Source of the DNA: Bacteroidales bacterium
GTDB taxonomy: Bacteria; Bacteroidota; Bacteroidia; Bacteroidales; CAIWKO01
Assembly: GCA_035354195.1 (NCBI GenBank)
Contig: DAOQAT010000006.1
Span: forward strand, 12,842-76,841
DNA: 64,000 nucleotides
Direction of reading: 5' to 3'
Under the pieces are notes generated by a model. That model made no database searches. It was not told the origin of the DNA and saw nothing but the letters and a program-made list of their open reading frames with translations. Numbering within the stretch: position 1 is the stretch's first letter; every line of letters begins with the position of its first letter. The position numbers and the translations under genes are program-made. This document shows, piece after piece, positions 9,259 through 20,277 of the stretch.

Positions 9259-10136
9259 TCGGTATACAATAGTTTAATGTTATCAAGTAATATTTCTGCG
9301 GTTGCAATGGTGTCGGGTTTGTATGCCTCAAAGTAAATCCTGAATCCTGTTGTATTAGAACTGACATTTGCAGAGGGCGTTAAATTTATATAGATTTTAT
9401 TCCATGAAGTATTTGGATTAATTATCATGGTTTCAATTTTCTCATTCTGGCCGGTAGTCAATACTGCATACATGCCAATTCCTAAGGGCACATTCGTTTT
9501 ATAGTTGAGTTCGAGTAACACCGCCGACTGATCCTGAGGAATGTCAAAAATATCATCCGATACGCTGCAAACATAGTCGTATGAAGCATCAAGATTGACT
9601 ACTCCGGAGCTTTGCCCTTCAAATACTTTGGTGCTGTCCTGGGTTTGGATGAAATTTGTATCACTGACACTGAATTTTATTAACGAAACACCGGCTGTTT
9701 CAAAATCTTCCATCCAGTGGATTTTATTTTCATAATAAGTCACCGTAGGATTAATAGTATCTATCTGTTCGGCAACCAGGTCAACAGTCGTTTCATAAGG
9801 TTGGTAAAACGGATAATAAGCTCTTGACATAGCTATGCCGTTGAGTTTTATACCTGGCCGTATCATAATGGTATGCTGGCCGGTTGCAAGAATCGGGAAC
9901 GTTGCCGGCAGTTCGTAAATTCCCTGCAAATCACCGTCTACATAAACCCAGGCGTCGGTTATCTTACAGGAGTTTGAGCCAAAAATTTCGTAAACCGTTG
10001 TAAGATCAATTTTGTCAATGTGTATGTACGACGGGACAAGGTCAGTTTTCTTACAAGAAATTAAACTGCTTATAATGAAAAGTCCGGTAAAAGCTAAAGC
10101 TATTTTTCTAAATCCTGTAAAGTAAAATTTTCCCAT
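9255..10136 (-). CDS. lipoprotein of unknown function
   Basis: Lipobox-like FIISSLISC. Its stop overlaps the start of the sugar transferase in an ATGA arrangement (9255-9258). Confidence 0.5.
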   Translation of the reverse strand: MGKFYFTGFRKIALAFTGLFIISSLISCKKTDLVPSYIHIDKIDLTTVYEIFGSNSCKITDAWVYVDGDLQGIYELPATFPILATGQHTIMIRPGIKLNGIAMSRAYYPFYQPYETTVDLVAEQIDTINPTVTYYENKIHWMEDFETAGVSLIKFSVSDTNFIQTQDSTKVFEGQSSGVVNLDASYDYVCSVSDDIFDIPQDQSAVLLELNYKTNVPLGIGMYAVLTTGQNEKIETMIINPNTSWNKIYINLTPSANVSSNTTGFRIYFEAYKPDTIATAEILLDNIKLLYTE

Positions 10137-10197
10137 TCGTACACAAAATTCATTGGTTTAACGAGAGTGTGAGAGATTTATTGTATAGCAGGGAAAT

Positions 10198-11178
10198 TTA
10201 ATCCGGGATATTGATTTTTTCAATGACTTTATAAGCGATATCCAGTGCTTTGTACCCATCAATAATGCTTACAGCCGTATCGGTATTATTTTCAATGGAA
10301 TTGAAAAATGTTTCAAGCTCGGTTTTAATAGCGTTGATGGGAACTATTTCAGGTTTTTCAAAAAATATCTGTTTTTTACCTTTGCCTTCTCCCAGGTCAA
10401 TGATCATATCAAGCGGACCCATACTGCCTTCATCAACAACATTTTTCAGGCGGATTATTTCAGTGTCTTTTTTGAAAAAATCAATGGCGATATAAGCATC
10501 GGGCTGAAAAATGCGGGTTTTGCGCATGTTCTTCATCGAAAGACGGCTTGCTGTGAGGTTGGCCACACAACCATTGTCAAATTCGAGGCGTGCATTGGCA
10601 ATATCTGGTGTGTCGCTCACAATGGCTACACCACTGGCGCTTATTTTCTTTATGTTTGATTTAACAATACTCAAAACAATGTCAATATCGTGAATCATCA
10701 GGTCAAGGATGACCGGGACATCCGTGCCGCGCGGATTGAAAAGCGCCAGGCGGTGCGTTTCAATGAACATCGGTTGCTGAATAAACGGAAAAGCCGCGAT
10801 ATAGGCGGGATTAAAACGTTCCACATGGCCGACCTGCACTTTAACACGTGCCTCATTCGAAATGGCAATAAGCTGTTTCGCTTCATCAAGGGTGGTAACC
10901 AAAGGCTTTTCAATAAATACATGCCGTGCCGATTTCATTGCTTTTGAAGCACAGTCAAAATGAGAAAGCGTAGGCGTTACAATGTCCACCACTTCAACGG
11001 ATGATATAAGATCATCAATGGAAGAAAAGGCTTTTATCCCTAATTCTTCTTCAACCTGTTTAACAACTAGTGGGTCCTGATCGTAAAAACCGCAAAGATT
11101 TATGTGCTCGATTTGTTTAAGGCAATTTATGTGGATCTTGCCCAGATGTCCAGCTCCTAATACTCCTACTGTTAACAT
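10198..11178 (-). CDS. Gfo/Idh/MocA family NAD(P)-dependent oxidoreductase
   Basis: Rossmann N-terminus MLTVGVLGAGHLGKIH and the FIEKPL motif. ATG at 11178 chosen; the 28-codon upstream extension in the ORF track lacks a plausible function. Confidence 0.85.
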   Translation of the reverse strand: MLTVGVLGAGHLGKIHINCLKQIEHINLCGFYDQDPLVVKQVEEELGIKAFSSIDDLISSVEVVDIVTPTLSHFDCASKAMKSARHVFIEKPLVTTLDEAKQLIAISNEARVKVQVGHVERFNPAYIAAFPFIQQPMFIETHRLALFNPRGTDVPVILDLMIHDIDIVLSIVKSNIKKISASGVAIVSDTPDIANARLEFDNGCVANLTASRLSMKNMRKTRIFQPDAYIAIDFFKKDTEIIRLKNVVDEGSMGPLDMIIDLGEGKGKKQIFFEKPEIVPINAIKTELETFFNSIENNTDTAVSIIDGYKALDIAYKVIEKINIPD

Positions 11179-11309
11179 ATACTTGAGATTTTTCCGTAAA
11201 ATTAAATTTTTTATTATAAGGTATTTGACTATTTTCGCATTAGAAATTAACAGGGCAACCATACCATGATGGATGTGTAAGCTCCTGAAATAAATAAATA
11301 TAGTAATTA

Positions 11310-11960
11310 ATGATTGATTCTTATAAACACAAAGGCCTGAGAAGACAACTGGTGGAAACTATAAAAATGAAGGGAATCTCAGACGAGAATATTCTAAGCG
11401 CCATAGATAAAATCCCACGCCACTTATTTCTCGATTCCACCTTTCAGAACCATGCCTACGAAGATAAGCCTTTTCCTATCGGAGCCGGACAAACCATTTC
11501 ACAGCCCTACACGGTGGCGTTTCAAACGGAATTGTTAAAAGTAAAAAAACGGGATAAAATCCTTGAAGTGGGAACCGGTTCAGGATATCAGGCGTGCGTA
11601 TTACTGGAACTTGGGGCGGTTGTCTATACTATTGAGCGGCAGAAAAGCTTGTATCAGAAAACCAAATTGTTCTTACCTTCAATAGGTTATAACCCGAAAT
11701 TCTTTTACGGTGATGGTTATAAAGGCTTACCGGCTTATGCACCCTTTGATAAAATAATTGTTACGGCCGGTGCCCCGCATATCCCTGAAATGTTGCTCGG
11801 GCAGTTGAAACCCGGTGGAATAATGGTTATCCCGGTGGGCATGGCCGATATTCAAAAAATGATTACTGCCACCAAGACCGAAACGGGTGAAGTAATCATA
11901 AAAGAACATGGTACATTTCGTTTTGTACCTTTACTTGAAGATAAAGCTGATGATAAATAG
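11310..11960 (+). CDS. pcm: protein-L-isoaspartate O-methyltransferase
   Basis: GQTISQPYTVA and the SAM motif ILEVGTGSGYQA. Length of 216 aa is typical. Confidence 0.9.
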   Translation: MIDSYKHKGLRRQLVETIKMKGISDENILSAIDKIPRHLFLDSTFQNHAYEDKPFPIGAGQTISQPYTVAFQTELLKVKKRDKILEVGTGSGYQACVLLELGAVVYTIERQKSLYQKTKLFLPSIGYNPKFFYGDGYKGLPAYAPFDKIIVTAGAPHIPEMLLGQLKPGGIMVIPVGMADIQKMITATKTETGEVIIKEHGTFRFVPLLEDKADDK

Positions 11961-12116
11961 TGTCTATAAGAAAACTCGTGTTTGTATAAAGAAAACGTCA
12001 GGTTTGAGGCTTGCGAAGCGACAAAAAGCGGAGTTTACTGTTGTAAAAGAGCATTTTTGTAGCAAGCGTAACGAAAAAATTGGCATTTTCCTACAAACAC
12101 TAAATAAAATCGGATT

Positions 12117-14132
12117 ATGTGCGGTATTGCAGGTATCCTGAAATTAGACACTGCTGCCCCTGGTATAGCATCGTCGCTGCATAAAATGGCCGACAGCATC
12201 AGGCATCGCGGGCCGGATGACGAAGGGTATGTCTGTTTTGGCGGTAATAATATTTATGTATGCGGTGGCAGGGATACGCAAACTGCCTCGCGCGAGATGA
12301 AGCTACCCTATGCTGCTCAACACGATATTGATGCTGTGGGAGCTGATCCAACTCTTGGGCTGGCGCACCGAAGGCTGTCTATTATTGATTTATCTTCAGC
12401 GGGACATCAGCCCATGTGCAACGATAATAAAACGATATGGGTTGTTTTTAACGGGGAGATTTATAATTATTGGGAGATCCGCGAAGAACTGGAAGAAAAC
12501 GCTGTACACTTTGTTTCTTCCACTGATGTGGAAGTGATGCTGAAAGCCTATGAATACTGGGGCATGCGTTTCCTTGATAAGCTTAATGGAATGTGGTCGT
12601 TTGTTTTGTACGATCTGAATTCAAATTTTCTTATCGGATGCCGCGACCGCTTTGGTGTCAAGCCGCTATACTATTACAATTCGAAACAATTCTTCGCTTT
12701 TGCCTCTGAACAGAAAGCCTTGTTGCAACTACCTGTCAACACCAGCGTTAACCCCGATGCTGTTTTTGATTATCTGGTGAACAGCCGTATAGAGCATACT
12801 GAAAATGGGCTTTACTCGAATATTATGGAATTGATGCCCGCACATTATTTTATATATGATTTGAATTCCAATCAGTTTGAAATCACAAAATATTATAACC
12901 TGAGTTATAATAAAAGCCGCGAAAACTTTAGTGCCGAAAAATGCGCAGCCATTGTCAGCCAGGTTGAAGAAAAGATCAACCATGCTGTTACTATTCGTCT
13001 CCGGTCGGATGTAAATGTTGGTTTTTGCCTGAGCGGTGGTATCGACAGCAGCAGTATTATTGGCGTTTCGCAAAAGATCAATGCGCAGCATCCGCTCCGC
13101 CAGCTGAACGGAACACTTCATGCATTTACAGCAAGCTGCGACGATGATTCGGTTAATGAGTCACGCTGGGCTGAGCAGGTAGTTAACAAACACCGGATGA
13201 ACTGGCATAAATATGCGTGTACGTCCTCTGATTTATTTGATGAACTGGAGAAAATCATTTATTACCAGGATTCACCGTTATTTTCGACCAGCACGTATGC
13301 CCAGAGTTCTGTGATGAAACTTGCCCATGAGCACAACATTACCATTTTGCTCGACGGGCAGGGCGGCGACGAACTTTTTGCCGGATATGTGCCTTTTTTT
13401 ATTTCTTATTATTTTGAGTTACTGCACCGGTTTCAAATGAAAACCCTCGGTTCCGAAATTGGAAATTTGAAATACTCCCCGCTGAATTTTAATATATTTT
13501 TGCGGTCGATGGGAAAGGTCCTGCTGAGCGATATGTTGCCAGCAACTTTACAAAGCAAACTCGCAACGAATAATCATAAAGAATTATCTTTTCTCAATAA
13601 AAATTTATTGGAATCCGGGTTGGCCGGTGTAACCTTAAATAGCGGATACAGCAGCAAAGACCTTAATTCCGCCTTATTTGATTATTTTACAAACGGCTAT
13701 CTGCGAAACCTGCTGCGCTGGGAAGACCGCTGTTCCATGCAGTATTCGGTGGAATCGCGTACGCCTTTTGCGGATGATTTTGAGCTGATAGAATATGTAT
13801 TTTCGTTACCTTCTGTGTATAAAATTCATAAAGGCCGGAGCAAATATTTGTTGCGCGAAGCCATGGTTGATGTGCTGCCTGAGAGCATTTACAGGCGTTC
13901 CGACAAACTGGGCTTTTCCACGCCTCAGTCACTGTGGCTCTTACAATCAGAAAAGAAGATGAAAGCTATAATCAGTGAACTGGCGGTGCTGGATACCGAA
14001 AAGTTTGTGAACGTCAACAACATACTTGAAAACTGGGACACTGTTTTTTCCGGAACCAAGAACCCAAAGTTGATGGATTTTACCTGGCGGTACATGAATT
14101 TTTTAATGTGGCGAAAAGTTAACGGGCTTTAA
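12117..14132 (+). CDS. asnB: asparagine synthase (glutamine-hydrolysing) family amidotransferase
   Basis: Ntn start MCGIAGIL, then HRGPDDEG, HRRLSIIDLS and the PP-loop CLSGGIDSS. Confidence 0.85.
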   Translation: MCGIAGILKLDTAAPGIASSLHKMADSIRHRGPDDEGYVCFGGNNIYVCGGRDTQTASREMKLPYAAQHDIDAVGADPTLGLAHRRLSIIDLSSAGHQPMCNDNKTIWVVFNGEIYNYWEIREELEENAVHFVSSTDVEVMLKAYEYWGMRFLDKLNGMWSFVLYDLNSNFLIGCRDRFGVKPLYYYNSKQFFAFASEQKALLQLPVNTSVNPDAVFDYLVNSRIEHTENGLYSNIMELMPAHYFIYDLNSNQFEITKYYNLSYNKSRENFSAEKCAAIVSQVEEKINHAVTIRLRSDVNVGFCLSGGIDSSSIIGVSQKINAQHPLRQLNGTLHAFTASCDDDSVNESRWAEQVVNKHRMNWHKYACTSSDLFDELEKIIYYQDSPLFSTSTYAQSSVMKLAHEHNITILLDGQGGDELFAGYVPFFISYYFELLHRFQMKTLGSEIGNLKYSPLNFNIFLRSMGKVLLSDMLPATLQSKLATNNHKELSFLNKNLLESGLAGVTLNSGYSSKDLNSALFDYFTNGYLRNLLRWEDRCSMQYSVESRTPFADDFELIEYVFSLPSVYKIHKGRSKYLLREAMVDVLPESIYRRSDKLGFSTPQSLWLLQSEKKMKAIISELAVLDTEKFVNVNNILENWDTVFSGTKNPKLMDFTWRYMNFLMWRKVNGL

Positions 14133-16257
<2,125 letters not shown>

Positions 16258-16265
16258 TAAAATCT

Positions 16266-16273
16266 TATATTTG
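16266..16273 (+). promoter_or_regulatory. -7 promoter box TATATTTG upstream of gmhA
   Basis: Exact TAnnTTTG, 18 nt upstream of the ATG at 16291. Confidence 0.5.
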
Positions 16274-16290
16274 CTTCATAAATATCGGAC

Positions 16291-16863
16291 ATGAAAATAG
16301 AACATTGCATCAGGGAATCCATAGAAGTAAAAAAACGCATGCTTGATGATGTAAAGCTTATCAACACTATTGAGAATATCAGTATAAAAGCAGCCGGAGT
16401 ATTGAAAAACCATGGAAGGATCTTGTTATGTGGTAACGGAGGCAGTGCCGCCGATGCCCAGCATATTGCCGCAGAACTTTCCGGACGCTATACTTTTGAC
16501 AGGGAACCGCTGGATGCAGAGGCGCTCCACGTAAATACTTCGTATGTAACAGCGGTTGCCAACGATTATTCATTCAACGATGTATATTCACGCCTTGTGA
16601 AAGCAAAAGGAAGGGCAGGAGACATACTGATCGCCATTTCCACATCAGGCAATTCCCAAAATATTATAAACGCTGTTGAAGCCGCCAAAGAAATTGGGAT
16701 GGTGACCGTTGGTTTCACGGGCGAAAAAGGCGGGAAAATGAAAGATCTCGTGGATTACCTGGTCAATATCCCATCCGATGATACACCACGCATACAGGAA
16801 GCACATATTTTAGCAGGGCATATTTTTTGCCAGGCAGTCGAAGAAAATATTTTCAAACCTTGA
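16291..16863 (+). CDS. gmhA: D-sedoheptulose-7-phosphate isomerase (SIS domain)
   Basis: CGNGGSAADAQHIAAEL and ISTSGNSQN motifs. 190 aa. Confidence 0.85.
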   Translation: MKIEHCIRESIEVKKRMLDDVKLINTIENISIKAAGVLKNHGRILLCGNGGSAADAQHIAAELSGRYTFDREPLDAEALHVNTSYVTAVANDYSFNDVYSRLVKAKGRAGDILIAISTSGNSQNIINAVEAAKEIGMVTVGFTGEKGGKMKDLVDYLVNIPSDDTPRIQEAHILAGHIFCQAVEENIFKP

Positions 16864-16883
16864 TACATTCAATCATCCATTTA

Positions 16884-17453
16884 ATGTTTCCCAGAATTAC
16901 CGACCCTCAGGCCTGGACTTTATTTCTTGACCGTGATGGCGTTATTAACAAAAAACTTCCGGGTGATTATGTTAAATCATGGGATGAATTTGAATTTCTG
17001 CCTGGTGTGTTGACATCCCTGGTGCAATTAAGAAAATATTTCAACCGGATAGTGATAGTAACCAACCAGCAGGGAATAGGCAAAGGCATTATGAATTTTT
17101 CCGATCTTAAAGCGATACACGATCAAATGCTCGATGAAATTGAACAAAACGGCGGGTTGATTGATGCCATTTATTTTTGCCCCGACCTGGAAAATAGCCT
17201 GAGCAGAAACCGTAAACCTGAGACAGGCATGGCAATGCGGGCAAAAAAAGAGTTCCCTGAAATTGAGTTTAAAAATTCTGTTATGGTGGGAGATGCATTA
17301 AGCGATATGGATTTTGCCGGAAAGCTTGGCATGGTGGCAGTTTACCTTGGCACAGATAAACAAATCATCGACAATAATAAAAATAAGATCGATTACGTTT
17401 TTAATAATCTTAAAGAATTTGCTGATTTTTTATATGAAAACAACCAAAAATAA
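16884..17453 (+). CDS. gmhB: D-glycero-D-manno-heptose 1,7-bisphosphate phosphatase (HAD-IIIA)
   Basis: HAD motif I FLDRDGVINK, then VTNQQGIG, RKPETGM and MVGDALSDM. ATG at 16884 chosen; the ORF-track start at 16827 would overlap gmhA. Confidence 0.8.
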   Translation: MFPRITDPQAWTLFLDRDGVINKKLPGDYVKSWDEFEFLPGVLTSLVQLRKYFNRIVIVTNQQGIGKGIMNFSDLKAIHDQMLDEIEQNGGLIDAIYFCPDLENSLSRNRKPETGMAMRAKKEFPEIEFKNSVMVGDALSDMDFAGKLGMVAVYLGTDKQIIDNNKNKIDYVFNNLKEFADFLYENNQK

Positions 17454-18465
17454 AAATTTATTTTTAATCCTGTTTTTATTCGTTTTTTCAGGGATTATCA
17501 ACGCACAACCTACAAATAAGACGGATTCTCTTGGCCGCAAACAGGGATACTGGAAAAAAATTGTCGCCGATACCCTGAAATACGAGGGGAATTTTATCAA
17601 CGATAAACCCACCGGTGAATTCAAATATTATTACCCAAACGGGAAAATAAAAGCTGTTACGGCCTATTCTGACAGTGGGCGCAGAGCCCAGACCATTATG
17701 TATTTTAACAACGGTAAAAAAAATGCAGAAGGGTTGTATGTCAACAAGATGAAAGACGGACTGTGGATTTATTATGGTACCAACGAAGTGAAGATTTCTG
17801 AAGAAAATTATAAAAATGGGGTAAAAGAAGGTACCTGGAAGTATTTCTATGATGATGGTAAAATTAACAGGGTCGAAAATTATAAAAACAACCTGCTAAA
17901 CGGTGAAAGCCTGGATTTTTATGCAGACAGTATCCTGAAAATAAAATGTTCATTCCTGAACAATAAACTTAATGGCAAATATCAATATTTCTATATTTCA
18001 GGAAAGATACTATTGACCGGAAGCTATAAAAATGACCTCAAGGAAGGTGAATGGATGTTTTTTGACGAAAATGGGCTGGGGAATAGGAAACTGCTATATA
18101 AAGAAGGATCTCTTGTGAAAGAGGAAATACTGGTGTCTTCAAAAGGTATGAATACCTTTGTTGCTGTGGGCGATATTGCTTATTGCTATACGGAAAAAAA
18201 TGAAGTCCACATCAAGAAAAGTTCGGGTGAAGAGTTTATTGCCACCACTTCGCTGGATGACCTGGAAAAGCTGCTTGATCAGTTCAATTTTTTCAGGATC
18301 AGCCCAGACTTTGTCATCGCAAGATGGTCACTTAAAAACAGAAAAGATTTTAATAAAGAAAATCCGGTACTGGTTCTCAATCCTGACCCCGGGAAACCAG
18401 TGAAGGTGCATCCCGACAAGATCGAAGCCTTTATGTCGTGGGCTTCGTTGATGAAATATGAATAA
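17434..18465 (+). CDS. exported MORN-variant (YwqK-like) repeat protein with a C-terminal LytTR-like domain
   Basis: Signal peptide MKTTKNKNLFLILFLFVFSGIINAQ. Repeats of the G.W..YY.NGK type (GEFKYYYPNGKIK, DGLWIYYG, GTWKYFYDDGKI, GKYQYFYISGKI, GEWMFFDENG). The C-terminus FVAVGDIAYCYTEKNEVHIKKSSGEEFIATTSLDDLEKLLDQFNFFRISPDFVIA follows the LytTR pattern but lacks HRS. Confidence 0.6.
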   Translation: MKTTKNKNLFLILFLFVFSGIINAQPTNKTDSLGRKQGYWKKIVADTLKYEGNFINDKPTGEFKYYYPNGKIKAVTAYSDSGRRAQTIMYFNNGKKNAEGLYVNKMKDGLWIYYGTNEVKISEENYKNGVKEGTWKYFYDDGKINRVENYKNNLLNGESLDFYADSILKIKCSFLNNKLNGKYQYFYISGKILLTGSYKNDLKEGEWMFFDENGLGNRKLLYKEGSLVKEEILVSSKGMNTFVAVGDIAYCYTEKNEVHIKKSSGEEFIATTSLDDLEKLLDQFNFFRISPDFVIARWSLKNRKDFNKENPVLVLNPDPGKPVKVHPDKIEAFMSWASLMKYE

Positions 18466-19552
18466 TAAAAGTCAAAAAGGGCGGGTGCTGGTAGCCATGA
18501 GTGGCGGCGTCGACAGCTCCGTTGCAGCTATTTTATTGCAGGAACAGGGGTATGAACTTGTGGGTATTACCATGAAGGTATGGGATTACGAATCATCCTG
18601 CTCCTCCATCAAAGAAAGCGGATGTTGCAGCCTGGATGCGGTAAACGATGCGAGAAAAGTCGCTGTAAATCTTGGATTTCCACATTATACGCTTGACCTG
18701 AAAAAGGAATTTGAAGAAAAGGTCATAAGCAATTTTATTTACGAATACATGAATGCCCGCACACCCAATCCCTGCGTACTCTGTAATAAGCTCATGAAAT
18801 GGGAAGATTTGCTTCAAAAGGCGGATGAACTGGATTGTCAGTTTATTGCTACGGGCCATTATGCCCGTATCGCTTTTGAAAACGAACGATATTTTTTACG
18901 TAAAGGCCTGGATGACAATAAAGACCAGACATATGTGCTCTGGGGCCTGAGTCAGCGCCATTTGAGCCGTACCATTTTTCCGTTGGGGTCTTATCATAAA
19001 AAAGATATTAAACAGCTTGCCCAAAAACATGGACTAACCCGTATAGCCGAAAAAAGCGAAAGTTACGAGATATGTTTTATTCCTGATAACGATTACCGCG
19101 GGTTCCTGAAAAGGCGTGTTGCCGGACTGGAAGCTAAAGTGGATGGCGGAAATTTTCTGGATGAAAATGGAAAAATTCTGGGCAAACATCACGGATACCC
19201 CTTTTATACCATAGGGCAGCGCAAGGGGCTGGAAGTGGCTGTGGGGCATCCGCTTTATGTGAAAGCGATCAATGCCGCGGAAAACACAGTCGTGTTGGCT
19301 GAACGGGAAAGCTTGTTGCAGGCGGAACTATACGCCGATCAGATCAATCTGATGAAATATGCGGATATTGCCGAAATGAAAGGCGTGGTCAGCCGGATAC
19401 GTTATAAAGATAAAGGTGCCCTAAGCACCCTAAAAAAGCAGGACGATATGATACATGTCCTGTTTGATGAACCGGTAGCCGCTGTTACTCCCGGCCAATC
19501 CGTAGTTTTTTACGAAGGCGATGATGTGATCGGAGGAGGAATTATTAAATGA
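18458..19552 (+). CDS. mnmA: tRNA 2-thiouridine(34) synthase
   Basis: PP-loop VAMSGGVDSSVAA, NPCVLCN and KDQTYVLW. Confidence 0.95.
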   Translation: MNNKSQKGRVLVAMSGGVDSSVAAILLQEQGYELVGITMKVWDYESSCSSIKESGCCSLDAVNDARKVAVNLGFPHYTLDLKKEFEEKVISNFIYEYMNARTPNPCVLCNKLMKWEDLLQKADELDCQFIATGHYARIAFENERYFLRKGLDDNKDQTYVLWGLSQRHLSRTIFPLGSYHKKDIKQLAQKHGLTRIAEKSESYEICFIPDNDYRGFLKRRVAGLEAKVDGGNFLDENGKILGKHHGYPFYTIGQRKGLEVAVGHPLYVKAINAAENTVVLAERESLLQAELYADQINLMKYADIAEMKGVVSRIRYKDKGALSTLKKQDDMIHVLFDEPVAAVTPGQSVVFYEGDDVIGGGIIK

Positions 19553-19591
19553 AATCACAGTATTTTTTGTAACTTCGCATAAAGTTTGATT

Positions 19592-20266
19592 ATGAAGTAC
19601 TTCAGGTTTTTGTTTGTCATCATAATTATTCCGGTATTTTTTTCATCCTGCAAAAAAGAAACGGCTGAGCCGGTGGAGATGGGATATAAATATTTTCCTG
19701 TAAATACCGGGCATTGGGTAATCTACAATGTGGATTCGATCAGTTACAACGATTTTACCGGTGAAACAGATTCCTTCCGTTACCAGATAAAAGAATATGT
19801 CGAATCAGTTTTCATTGATAATTCGGGGCGGACAAGCCAGCGGCTTGAGCGATACATCAGGTATTCCGAAACTGCCGACTGGACCATCAAAGATGTATGG
19901 TTTGAAACGTTGACCGCTTCCTGTGCTGAACGTGTAGAAGAAAATTTGCGTATGGTAAAACTGATATTCCCGGTAGAAGAGTCACAGACATGGGATGGGA
20001 ACGCCTATAATACGCTTGGTGCCCAGACCTATAAATTTCAGGATGTTCATACCCCTGCCGTGATAAACAATGTTTCCCTTGATTCAACACTCACGGTTAT
20101 TCAAAAGAGCAGTACCACTCTTATCAGCGAAGACTTCCAGCAAGAAATTTATTCGGTCAATATCGGCATGGTTTATAAAAAATATGTTTCATTGGTTAAG
20201 GAACCTACTGGCGAAATCACTAGTGGCATTGACTATTCATACACTTTGCAATCATACGGAAATTAA
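19592..20266 (+). CDS. lipoprotein of unknown function
   Basis: MKYFRFLFVIIIIPVFFSSC lipobox. ATG at 19592 preferred to the TTG at 19586. Confidence 0.5.
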   Translation: MKYFRFLFVIIIIPVFFSSCKKETAEPVEMGYKYFPVNTGHWVIYNVDSISYNDFTGETDSFRYQIKEYVESVFIDNSGRTSQRLERYIRYSETADWTIKDVWFETLTASCAERVEENLRMVKLIFPVEESQTWDGNAYNTLGAQTYKFQDVHTPAVINNVSLDSTLTVIQKSSTTLISEDFQQEIYSVNIGMVYKKYVSLVKEPTGEITSGIDYSYTLQSYGN

Positions 20267-20277
20267 CACTTATAAAA

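Noticed and set aside
11961-12116. Spacer upstream of asnB containing GCGAAGCGACAAAAAGCGGAG…GTAGCAAGCGTAACG, considered as a member of the repeat/palindrome family or an sRNA
   Set aside because: No second copy in the window, no match to the TCCGCCGCGGCGGA core or the TTCTGAA units, and no convincing hairpin.
12117-14132. The first asnB as part of a glycan-modification cluster like the second AsnB-like gene
   Set aside because: It is flanked by housekeeping genes (pcm, ligA), with its own spacer and hairpin. Nothing in the neighbourhood ties it to glycan synthesis, so I left it as a generic asparagine synthase family enzyme.
16827-16883. Upstream extensions of ORF-track starts (16827 for gmhB, 17314 for the MORN protein, 11262 for the oxidoreductase, 47615 for ruvX, 49119 for the barrel protein, 54240 for the AsnB-like gene, 63972 for the TBDR)
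   Set aside because: The extensions overlap upstream genes or add non-conserved residues in front of obvious native N-termini: the HAD motif, signal peptides, the Rossmann GxGxxG, and the MCGI Ntn start. Internal starts were adopted instead.
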